Source: Acidimicrobiia bacterium (GTDB lineage: Bacteria; Actinomycetota; Acidimicrobiia; Spongiisociales; ZC4RG35). From it: a stretch of DNA of 62,081 bases. Below the pieces are notes generated by a model. It did no database searches. It saw only the letters and a list, made by a program, of their open reading frames with translations, and was not told the origin of the DNA. Of the stretch, positions 1 to 8,129 are shown piece after piece. Position 1 is the stretch's first letter, and each line of letters starts with the position of its first letter. Both the position numbers and the translations under genes were made by a program. Location of the stretch: positions 1-62,081 of the forward strand of contig JBIOVB010000130.1 in assembly GCA_044867525.1 (NCBI GenBank), in the 5' to 3' direction.

Positions 1-259
1 CCAGTGAGGTGTGCCAAGCCTCGGGGCCCCACTGCCAGGTTCTGTCTCTCAGCCAGCTATCTGCATGGTTGATCCCGACCGAGGCCATCAATCCAGACGT
101 CGTCGCCGCCTTCCCGGGCGGCCAATCCCCATTCCAAGCGGCATTGTTCAAGTGACCGACGTGGGCCGCTCTCGGTGGATCAACGGACCTCGATCAGGAT
201 GACCCATCACTGGCAATCCCCATGACAGCCCTGGATCCTCCGATGGCGGGGTGTGCCGG

Positions 260-332
260 TGGGTCCCGTGGGACTCGAACCCACAACCAACGGGTTAAAA
301 GCCCGCTGCTCTACCAATTGAGCTAGAGACCC
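260..332 (-). tRNA. tRNA-Lys (anticodon UUU)
   Basis: Reverse complement GGGTCTCTAGCTCAATTGGTAGAGCAGCGGGCTTTTAACCCGTTGGTTGTGGGTTCGAGTCCCACGGGACCCA folds as a cloverleaf; anticodon loop CTTTTAA, T-loop GGTTCGAGTCC; CCA not encoded. Confidence 0.96.
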
Positions 333-381
333 TGGAACCCCTCAAGGATATCGCTGACTTTCGGTGAGTCAGAGCTGGCCT

Positions 382-1152
382 TCAGAGCCCCCGGCCCCGG
401 TACTCCGCCGAGACCAGATCGGTGAGCTCCTGGACCGAGGTCTGGCCCACCGGGGAGTCGAAGGTGATGCGCCCGTGCTGGAGCAGGTTGACCCGGTCGC
501 AGACGTCGACCACCTGGGCGAAGTTGTGGGCGATGAGGATCATGGACACCTCACGCTTCTGGCGGAGCTCGAGGATGAGGTCGATGATGATCGCGCTCTC
601 CTTGGCCCCCATCGCCGCCAGCGGCTCATCGAGGAGGATCACCTTGGCGTCGGAGTACACCGCGCGGGCGATGGCGACGGCTTGGCGCTGCCCTCCCGAT
701 AGGAACCCAACCTCGGTTTCGACCGACGGGATTCGCACCCCCATGTCCGTGAGGTGGGCCCTCGAGTTCTCCCGCATCTGGTCTTTGTCCAGGAACGGGA
801 TGGGCCGGTGGACCGACTCCTTGTTCAGGTTCATGTTGAGATAGACCGGCAGTTGGTCGACGAGAGCCAGGTCCTGGTACACGGTCTCGATCCCCATCTC
901 CCGAGCATGTGACACCGAGCGGAGTTTGACCTCATCGCCATCGATGTAGATGGTCCCGCTATCGGGCTGCTCGAAACCGGTGAGGATCTTGATCAGAGTC
1001 GACTTTCCAGCCCCGTTGTCCCCGATCAGACCCAGGACCTCACCCCGTTCGAGATGGATGCTCACTCCGTTGAGGGCTACCACCGGCCCGTACTGCTTGG
1101 TGATCTCCTCGGCCCTGACCGCGACGGTGCCCCGATTCGAAGTGGCGGTCAC
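382..1152 (-). CDS. Sugar ABC transporter ATP-binding protein
   Basis: Walker A GDNGAGKST, LSGGQRQ, LLDEP; start moved to GTG 1152, which overlaps the permease stop. Confidence 0.93.
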   Translation of the reverse strand: MTATSNRGTVAVRAEEITKQYGPVVALNGVSIHLERGEVLGLIGDNGAGKSTLIKILTGFEQPDSGTIYIDGDEVKLRSVSHAREMGIETVYQDLALVDQLPVYLNMNLNKESVHRPIPFLDKDQMRENSRAHLTDMGVRIPSVETEVGFLSGGQRQAVAIARAVYSDAKVILLDEPLAAMGAKESAIIIDLILELRQKREVSMILIAHNFAQVVDVCDRVNLLQHGRITFDSPVGQTSVQELTDLVSAEYRGRGL

Positions 1153-2150
1153 AGCCGGACCCTCTGTGAGCTGATTCGAGCCCGGGTGGCCAGCGAGTTC
1201 AAGATCATGGCGAGGATGATCGCTGCTCCCAAGACCAATTGGAAGGTGAAAGCGCTCACCCCCTCGAGATTGAACCCGTCCTGGAGTATGGCGAGCACCA
1301 TCGCTCCGAGAAAGGCGCCGATGATTGTGCCGTACCCGCCGGTGAGGACGGTGCCTCCGATGACCGCAGCCGCCACCGCGATGAACACTTTTTGGCCCGA
1401 CACCCCCGCCCCCGGGTCGAACGAGCCCACCCTCATCCCCTCGATCAGCCCGGCGAAGCCGGCGAGCATCGCGGCCACCACGAAGTTGCGCATCTTGATC
1501 CGGGTCGAGGGAACACCCGCCTCCGAAGCTCCCACCGGATTGCCTCCGATCGCCACCGTGTGCACCCCCCACCGGGTGTAGTTGAGAACGATGTGCATCC
1601 CGAGCACGATCACGAGTACCCAGATCAGCCCGGAGAACGGCGCGGCCCCAAAGATCTGGGCGGCAACTCCCTCGTCGGGGGGGCGTTTCGGAAACCCATT
1701 TGAGATGTTGAGGGTGAACCCGTTGATGATGAATCCCATCCCCAATGTCACGATGAAAGAGGGGATGCCGAACCCGATGCTGATCGCCCCGTTGAGGGCT
1801 CCGACCACCCCGGCGCCCAACACTCCGACCACGATGGCGAGCGGCAGCACGAGCCCGGCTTCGTTGGCGAAGAACACCAGGAAGGGGGTCATGAAGTACA
1901 CATTCCCCATCGAGAGGTCGATCTCCCGGCACACCAGGAGCATCACCTGGCCGGTGGCCAGGATCGCAGGGGCGATCATGTACTGGGAGACCACCCGGAG
2001 GTTGTCTGTGGTCAGGAAGGCGTCGTTGACGACCGCGAAGTAGCCACCGAGGACGATGGCGACCAGCGCCACGGTCGACTCCGGCCTCCTGATCAGGAAG
2101 TCGGCAACCCGTCCCCCGATGGACGGTGGCTGCTCAGCAGTCATCGACAC
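1149..2150 (-). CDS. Sugar ABC transporter permease (RbsC/BPD_transp_2 family)
   Basis: EIDLS, IPSFIVTLG, AIGGNPVGASEAGV, AAAVIGGT motifs; multi-TM. Confidence 0.93.
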   Translation of the reverse strand: MSMTAEQPPSIGGRVADFLIRRPESTVALVAIVLGGYFAVVNDAFLTTDNLRVVSQYMIAPAILATGQVMLLVCREIDLSMGNVYFMTPFLVFFANEAGLVLPLAIVVGVLGAGVVGALNGAISIGFGIPSFIVTLGMGFIINGFTLNISNGFPKRPPDEGVAAQIFGAAPFSGLIWVLVIVLGMHIVLNYTRWGVHTVAIGGNPVGASEAGVPSTRIKMRNFVVAAMLAGFAGLIEGMRVGSFDPGAGVSGQKVFIAVAAAVIGGTVLTGGYGTIIGAFLGAMVLAILQDGFNLEGVSAFTFQLVLGAAIILAMILNSLATRARISSQRVRL

Positions 2151-2228
2151 TCCCGCCGCTCGTTCGCAATGGACCCGCCTGAGGGTGCGTCAAGTTACCC
2201 CTCGGGTTGTCCTCGCGTCTCGATCGGT

Positions 2229-3326
2229 TCAGGCAACCGGCTCGACGATCTTCTGCTCCTCAGCATCTCCTTCGAACCGGCTCTCGGTCTCCAGGAAGAG
2301 CTGCGCCGACGTTGAGTCGAGGAACACCAGGCCGGTGTTGGTCTCGGGAGGCGTGACGACCCCGCCGGACAACTTCCACAGGTACATGTAGACCACGGGC
2401 AGGAAGCCCTGCAGGTACGGCTGCTGGTCGATGGTGAAGTCGAGGGTTCCGTCCGCGACCAACTCCACGGTCTCAGGGAGGAGGTCGTATCCCCCGGCGC
2501 CGACCAATGCGTTGTCCCGGGCGCCCTGGGAAGCCACCACCTGGCCTACTGCCTGAGTGCTTCCGGCATCGACCGCGAACATCCCCGTGGCGTCCGTGTT
2601 CCCCAGATACCAGGCTTCGACCGCGCTCAGCTCGTCTTCCAGAGCAGCTCCCGTGGTGATCGCCTCGGCCTGGATGTCCGCACCCGACTCTTCGATCGCG
2701 GCCATCGCCCCGTCGATACGGGGCTGGATGTTGAGCTGACCCGGGGTTGCAATGAACAGCGCGACCTTTCCCGTGCCCACCAGCTCCACGATCCGTTGGC
2801 CCATTGCGAAGCCAGAGCCGAACAGGTCCTGGCCCACATAGCAGAGACGGTTGTTGGCGACGTCGGCGTTGTAACCGAGGACCGGGATCCCCTGGCCGAG
2901 TGCCTCGTCGGTGGGGCCGTTGAACGCCTCGAGGTCGACGAGGGCGACGCCTATCCCATCTGCGTCGCCGGCGATGGCAGCCTCGAAGGCATTGACCATC
3001 TCACCGTTGTCTGCGATCTCGGACCCGGTCCACTGAAAGGAGGTGCCCAGGAGGGCGGAGGCGTCCTCGATGCCATAAACGGTGGGCACGAAGAAGGGGT
3101 TGGTCGTCACATGGTTGACGAAGACGAAGTTCCATTCCGGGGCCTCGGGGAAATTGCCTGCCCCGGAACCACCGCCGCCACCGGTCCCGTTGGTAGTCCC
3201 CCCGGTTCCATTCGAGCCCCCATTGCTGGTGCAGGCATTGATGAGGCCTACGGCGGTGGTGATACCCATGGCTTTGAGGAAGGATCTCCTCGATGGGCTC
3301 AGCAAGTGGGCGGTATCGGTGCGCAT
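2229..3326 (-). CDS. Sugar ABC substrate-binding lipoprotein with Tat signal
   Basis: SRRSFLK twin-arginine, INAC lipobox, NPFF, YVGQD, TIDQQPYLQG; GGAGGAG SD upstream of ATG 3326. Confidence 0.92.
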   Translation of the reverse strand: MRTDTAHLLSPSRRSFLKAMGITTAVGLINACTSNGGSNGTGGTTNGTGGGGGSGAGNFPEAPEWNFVFVNHVTTNPFFVPTVYGIEDASALLGTSFQWTGSEIADNGEMVNAFEAAIAGDADGIGVALVDLEAFNGPTDEALGQGIPVLGYNADVANNRLCYVGQDLFGSGFAMGQRIVELVGTGKVALFIATPGQLNIQPRIDGAMAAIEESGADIQAEAITTGAALEDELSAVEAWYLGNTDATGMFAVDAGSTQAVGQVVASQGARDNALVGAGGYDLLPETVELVADGTLDFTIDQQPYLQGFLPVVYMYLWKLSGGVVTPPETNTGLVFLDSTSAQLFLETESRFEGDAEEQKIVEPVA

Positions 3327-3453
3327 CCCAGTGCTCCTCCTCGGTAGCCGTGTCCGCGCCAACAAGGGCGAACGCCGTGAGGATAACCCCCGATATCGTT
3401 GGCGTGCAACCGAATGCGGTCACTCGTTACCAGGACATTTCCTCAGAACACAA

Positions 3454-3966
3454 TCAGCTGTTGACGGGGCGGGGTCGGCTCACACCGATCCCACCGACGG
3501 TGTCGCCGCCGAATCGCTCGATCTCTGCGGCCAGGTCGAGGCGGCGAGTGCCGATCTCCATGTCATCGCCGAGCAGGTCGGCCGGCACCAGCCAGGAGAT
3601 CTCGAAGTCCAGCCCGTCGGGGTCCTTGCCGTAGAGCGCCTTGGTGGTCCCGTGATCCGTGGCTCCGCTCAGGGCCTCGGCCTCGGAGAGCTTCCGCCCC
3701 ACCTCGGACAGGTCGTTGAGGGTGTCCACCTCCCAGGCCAGGTGATAGAGGCCCACGGTCTGTCTCCCGGCCGGTGAGTCTCCCGCGTTCTCACCGATCG
3801 AGAACAAGCCGAGGTCGTGATCGTTGGTCGAGCCCTCGGCCTGCAGGAAGACGGCACCGGGGAAGGCCATCACCTGACGGAACCCGAGCACCTCCTCGTA
3901 GAAGGTGGCCGAGCGCTCGGCGTCTCTGACGTAGAGGACGGCATGGTTGAGGCGGTGGATCGACAA
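3454..3966 (-). CDS. VOC/glyoxalase family protein
   Basis: LNHAVLYVRD, GLYHLAWEV, YGKDPDGLDFE; TTG start after GGAG. Confidence 0.9.
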   Translation of the reverse strand: MSIHRLNHAVLYVRDAERSATFYEEVLGFRQVMAFPGAVFLQAEGSTNDHDLGLFSIGENAGDSPAGRQTVGLYHLAWEVDTLNDLSEVGRKLSEAEALSGATDHGTTKALYGKDPDGLDFEISWLVPADLLGDDMEIGTRRLDLAAEIERFGGDTVGGIGVSRPRPVNS

Positions 3967-4038
3967 CTCCTGCTCCTTTTGGATCTCGCACTGCTCAAAG
4001 CCGGTCGCGGGCCGAGTATTCCCGGCACGGAGGCCGGG

Positions 4039-5136
4039 TCAACCGCCCCGGGTGTAGATCCGGACTCCGTCTTCGTCGATCATCATCAGCCACGGGGTCG
4101 TCGTGCCCGGGCCGACCCCGAGATGGGCCGGGCTCCCCGGATCGGCGGGGCTGAACGGGTCCCGGATCGGCTCCACGTCGCCAACCACGCCCTGTGGAGA
4201 GATGCTGAGGTAGCCGCCGACCCCCAGCGACTCCTCCGATTCGGGGGCCCCGTAGATCAGGATGAAGATGGTCCCATCGGCGCCGGTCTCCACCTCGATC
4301 CCGCCAAAGACGCGGACTTCGGGATCCTCGGAGTAGCGGAGCTGCAGGGTTCGGGTCAGACCCAGGTCCGGTAGCTCCACCACGATGTCGCCTTCGCTGA
4401 TAAGGGCCGAATACCTCGACCCTCCGCCCCATGCCGTGAAGTAGTCGACCGGTGACACCGTGCCGGACGGGTTCTCCGGCTCAACCCGGTAGAGCTGACC
4501 GTCGAAGTCTCCGCCATAGAGGAAGGTGCCATCGGTCGTCACCCAGGACGCCGCCGGTTGGAACGTCGTCGACGTGAAGTCATCGTCGACGATCTGGAGC
4601 AGAGTGCTCTCGTTCTCCCCCTGGAAGCCGGTGGCCGTGACAGCCCCATCCTCCATCGGTTGCGGCATCTGGTACTGGAAGTACAGGCCATCCACGAGCA
4701 CGTCGCTGGGTATCGGCAAGGCATCGAGATACTCGCCGTCGGCCTGGAATCGCGCGATTCGCATCTTCGCCAGGTCCAACATCCACCATCGCCCGTCCGC
4801 AGCCATGGTCCCGTACTCCGGGCCCAGCATCAGACCGTCTCCGCCGGGCGCTGTCCCCAACTCATCCTCATCGTCGCCGTATGGAAGGAAGAGCTCGTCC
4901 CATTGAGAACCGAGCTCGCTGAACGGCTGGATTAGGACTTGGACAGTCTGTTCGACCGGGGCGCTGGTCGTTGCTGCCAAGGTTGTCGTCGTGGCTTCGA
5001 TGCTGCTGGTCGAGCTCCCCACGCTGCTGGTGGTCGCCGGCGTCGTCGTGGTAGTGCTTGGCGCGGCGCCCGGTGAGCAGGCCGTCATCGAGGCGGCCAG
5101 TGCCCCAGCGAGGGCGAGCCTGGGGAGGGCAACCAT
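4039..5136 (-). CDS. Hypothetical lipoprotein, Thr/Ser-rich linker, possible beta-propeller
   Basis: Signal peptide ending MTAC, poly-Thr linker, acidic beta-rich body. Confidence 0.75.
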   Translation of the reverse strand: MVALPRLALAGALAASMTACSPGAAPSTTTTTPATTSSVGSSTSSIEATTTTLAATTSAPVEQTVQVLIQPFSELGSQWDELFLPYGDDEDELGTAPGGDGLMLGPEYGTMAADGRWWMLDLAKMRIARFQADGEYLDALPIPSDVLVDGLYFQYQMPQPMEDGAVTATGFQGENESTLLQIVDDDFTSTTFQPAASWVTTDGTFLYGGDFDGQLYRVEPENPSGTVSPVDYFTAWGGGSRYSALISEGDIVVELPDLGLTRTLQLRYSEDPEVRVFGGIEVETGADGTIFILIYGAPESEESLGVGGYLSISPQGVVGDVEPIRDPFSPADPGSPAHLGVGPGTTTPWLMMIDEDGVRIYTRGG

Positions 5137-5174
5137 GGGGTCACCCTAACTATGGAGCGCCGTAGCCTCTGGCC

Positions 5175-6983
5175 GTGACCTCGATCCGCTTCGGCATCTC
5201 GCATCTCCCCCCCGAAGAGGGCGATGACGGCGCTTACCTGGACACTCTCGTGGAGAAGGGGCACACCGCGCACGAGCTGCCCTTTGTCGACGGCTTTCCC
5301 TGGAAGGAGAAGCGATGCCAGAGGTTCGGCGAGCTAGCCGCCGAGCGTGACATCAGGCTGTCGGTCCATGCCCCGTACTTTGCCGGGCTCACCCTTCCCG
5401 ACGAGGCTCGGGGCAAGCAGTCCCTGGCCGCCCTGGAGCACACCATGAAACTCGGGAGGTGGCTCGGTGCCCCGGTGATCGTGGCCCACTTCGGGTCCAA
5501 TTACGAGGAGGACCCGGAGGTCCTCATGGACCGTATCCGGTCCCGTCTCGACTACGTCGCCTCCAAGGTCGATGGGATCGGGGTGGGGATGGGCTTGGAG
5601 ACCGCGGGGAACAACCGCTCATTCGGCAGCCTGGGAGACATCGCACAGCTGGCGTCGGAGTACCCGTTTGTGCGCCCGGTGGTCGATTGGGCTCATGTCC
5701 ACGCCATGACCGGGGGAGGTCTCACCACCGAGGACGCCTTCCTCTCGGTCTTCTCCTTCATCGGCGACCAGTTCCCGGGGTGGATGATCACTCCCCTCCA
5801 GACCCAGTTCTCCGACAACGAAATCGGGAAAGGCGGCGAGATCCGACACGTCGCCTACGGCGACGGCACCCTGCGGGTTGGGCCTCTCGTCGACGCTGCC
5901 AAACGAGCCGGGGTGCCGATGGTCCTGATCTCCGAGGCGCGGGACATGCCCAGCCACGAGGCGATCCGGGAGGAGGCTCAGGCTCATCTCGAGAAGGGCC
6001 CGGCCAAGACGGCAGGCCGGCTCATCTCCAAAGCCGATATTTCGTTCCCGACCTCGATATCGGCGACCAAGGACGGCGAGTACTACAAGCCGGTGGGCCT
6101 CGACCGGCCGTTGCGTCTCTCCAATCTGGACAAGGTCTTCTTCCCCGACGAGGGTTACACCAAGGGCGATCTGATCCAGTACTACGCGTCGGTGGCGCCG
6201 ATGCTGTTGCCCCATCTCGCCCGACGGCCGATCTCGATGAGCAGATACCCCGACGGGATCAAAGGCCCATCGTTCTACGAGAAGCGGGCGCCGGGTCATC
6301 AGCCGGACTGGATGCAGACCACCCCGGTTCCCTCGGACTCGCAAGGCGGCATCATCGACTTCCTCATCGCCGACTCCAAGGAGGCCCTGATGTGGTTCGC
6401 CAACATGGGCTGCATCGAGTTCCACCCGTTTCACTCGACCGCGGCCGACCTCGACAAGCCGACCTATGCCATCTTCGACTTCGATCCGTCCGAGGGTGCC
6501 TCATGGGAGCAGGTGGTGTCCGGAGCGAAGCTCCTGGAGGTGGCGCTGCGCCAGCTGGGGCTCGCCGGCTACCCGAAGCTCTCCGGCTCCCGAGGTCTCC
6601 ACGTCTACGTGCCCTTGGACCCGGTGCACAGCCACAGCCGGGTCCGCCGATTCGTAGGCGAGGTGGGCGCATATCTGGCCGCGGCCAACCCCCAGGATGT
6701 CACCATGGAGTGGGACAAGCCGAAGCGCAAGGCGCGGGTGTTCGTCGACCACAACCGCAACGCCTTCGGCCAAACGGTGGCTTCGGTGTATTCGGTGCGG
6801 CCACGCCCCGGAGCCCCGGTGGCCGCCCCTCTGGCCTGGGACGAGGTCGGAGCCGTCGCCAATGGCGACATCACAATCGCCAATCTCTGGGAGAGGCTGC
6901 AACGTCACGGCGATCTCTTCGCTCCGGTGATGGAGGGTGGTCAGACCCTCGACGGGGCGGAATCAGCGTTGGGCCTCTCGTAA
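5175..6983 (+). CDS. Fusion: endonuclease IV-like (AP endonuclease 2) TIM barrel plus LigD/Prim-PolC primase-polymerase domain
   Basis: N-half LSVHAPY, AHFG, LETAG, FGSL, VDWAHVHA, GEIRH, ISE; C-half LSNLDKVFFP, TKGDLIQYY, RYPDG, FYEK, FDFDP, SGSRGLH, VFVDHNRN, YSVRPRPGAPV. Confidence 0.9.
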   Translation: MTSIRFGISHLPPEEGDDGAYLDTLVEKGHTAHELPFVDGFPWKEKRCQRFGELAAERDIRLSVHAPYFAGLTLPDEARGKQSLAALEHTMKLGRWLGAPVIVAHFGSNYEEDPEVLMDRIRSRLDYVASKVDGIGVGMGLETAGNNRSFGSLGDIAQLASEYPFVRPVVDWAHVHAMTGGGLTTEDAFLSVFSFIGDQFPGWMITPLQTQFSDNEIGKGGEIRHVAYGDGTLRVGPLVDAAKRAGVPMVLISEARDMPSHEAIREEAQAHLEKGPAKTAGRLISKADISFPTSISATKDGEYYKPVGLDRPLRLSNLDKVFFPDEGYTKGDLIQYYASVAPMLLPHLARRPISMSRYPDGIKGPSFYEKRAPGHQPDWMQTTPVPSDSQGGIIDFLIADSKEALMWFANMGCIEFHPFHSTAADLDKPTYAIFDFDPSEGASWEQVVSGAKLLEVALRQLGLAGYPKLSGSRGLHVYVPLDPVHSHSRVRRFVGEVGAYLAAANPQDVTMEWDKPKRKARVFVDHNRNAFGQTVASVYSVRPRPGAPVAAPLAWDEVGAVANGDITIANLWERLQRHGDLFAPVMEGGQTLDGAESALGLS

Positions 6984-7029
6984 TTTGGTGCGAGAGCATC
7001 CGTAGTGAAGGTCCAGCGCCCCAATTTCG
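6979..7029. repeat. 51-bp palindromic element, subfamily B copy 1
   Basis: CGTAATTTGG...CCAATTTCG; reverse complement aligns with 54466-54516. Confidence 0.75.
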
Positions 7030-7045
7030 GGGCTAGCTTGCCGTG

Positions 7046-8125
7046 ATGGATCTGTACGCCCGGATCAACATCCTGGGTGGGCTCTCGGTGCGCCTGCCTC
7101 GCGGGCGGCTCGAGGACGCCATCGCCCTCGACAACGACCCAATCGGTCGTGCCAAGAGCTGGGTGGAACAGGGCGCAGAGATCCTGCACATCGTCGACCT
7201 GGACGCCGCCGCCTACGGGGACTACCGCAACCGGAACATCGTCGACCGGCTGATCAATGACGTCTCGGTCCCGGTCCAGGTGGCGGGTGGGATCCGGTCC
7301 GAGGGTGAAGCGATCCGTCTCATCGAGACCGGAGCGTGGCGAATCGTGATGGGGACCGCCGCCATAGAGAACCAGAACATGGTTTGGGACCTGTGTCGGG
7401 ACAATCCAGAGAAGATCGCGGTTTCGATCGACGTCCACCAGGACGAGGAGGTGGTCACCAAGGGATGGACCCAGAACAGCGGCCGCTATCTCGAGGAGGT
7501 CCTGATCGAGATGTCTTCGGCGGGGGTGGTGTCCTTCCTCGTCTCCGAAGCGGGGCGCGACGCCCTCGAGGACCCACCCAATTACCAGATCATGGCCGAG
7601 TCCCTGGCCACGGTTGAGCAGCCTGTGGTCGCCGCCGGAGGGGTCCGTGACCTGGAAGATTTGCGCAAGCTGGTCCGACTCGAGGCCTCCGGGCGCTACC
7701 TGGCCGGGGTCGTCGTCGGGCGTGAGGTGACCGCGGGTCGATTCACCATCGAAGAGGCAAAGTCGGTCATCGCCGGGGTCGGCCCGCTCCGGGCTCCGGG
7801 CGGGGTTGCGGCGACCAGGATCAGGGTCGGGGTCGCCTCACTGTCCGATTCCCTGGCCTTCTACGAGGACCGTCTCGGGTTCGCCCACCTGCGGACCCCG
7901 GCCGGAGGGGTGGCCGGTGCCATCCTCGAGCCCTCCAAAGGCCAGCTCCTCGAGCTCGTCGAGGGGGAGCAGGCGGAGCCCCGCACCCTCACCTTCGTGG
8001 TCGAGGACCTCCCCCGGTGGGCCGACCACCTGGAGAGTGCCGGGCTGGAGTTGCGCGCCGAAGACCAGGCGGTGGAGTTCGATGACCCCGACGGGAGGAC
8101 AGTTCGCTTCGAGGCAGAGCGCTAG
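7046..8125 (+). CDS. HisA/PriA-like TIM barrel (degenerate active site) fused to a C-terminal VOC domain
   Basis: SVRL, LHIVDLD, VQVAGGIRS, MGTAA, VSIDV, KGW, AAGGV; C-term SLAFYEDRLGF...DDPDGRTVRF. Confidence 0.85.
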   Translation: MDLYARINILGGLSVRLPRGRLEDAIALDNDPIGRAKSWVEQGAEILHIVDLDAAAYGDYRNRNIVDRLINDVSVPVQVAGGIRSEGEAIRLIETGAWRIVMGTAAIENQNMVWDLCRDNPEKIAVSIDVHQDEEVVTKGWTQNSGRYLEEVLIEMSSAGVVSFLVSEAGRDALEDPPNYQIMAESLATVEQPVVAAGGVRDLEDLRKLVRLEASGRYLAGVVVGREVTAGRFTIEEAKSVIAGVGPLRAPGGVAATRIRVGVASLSDSLAFYEDRLGFAHLRTPAGGVAGAILEPSKGQLLELVEGEQAEPRTLTFVVEDLPRWADHLESAGLELRAEDQAVEFDDPDGRTVRFEAER

Positions 8126-8129
8126 TGGT

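Noticed and set aside
1-259. Genomic island integrated at the tRNA-Lys 3' end
   Set aside because: Only 259 bp visible; no integrase, att duplicate or convincing ORF; cannot be assessed
1153-1932. Extended ABC ATPase ORF
   Set aside because: Off-frame overlap with the permease
3400-3420. LacI-like operator TGCAACCGAATGCG upstream of the sugar ABC operon
   Set aside because: Only a half match and no LacI regulator in the window
5175-6983. Canonical NHEJ ligD locus
   Set aside because: No ligase (KxDG) or PE domain in the protein and no ku in the window
5459-7036. Long overlapping ORFs (also 13123-14682, 43367-44602, 52002-53426, 56092-57285)
   Set aside because: Stop-poor alternate or antisense frames typical of high-GC DNA; no motifs
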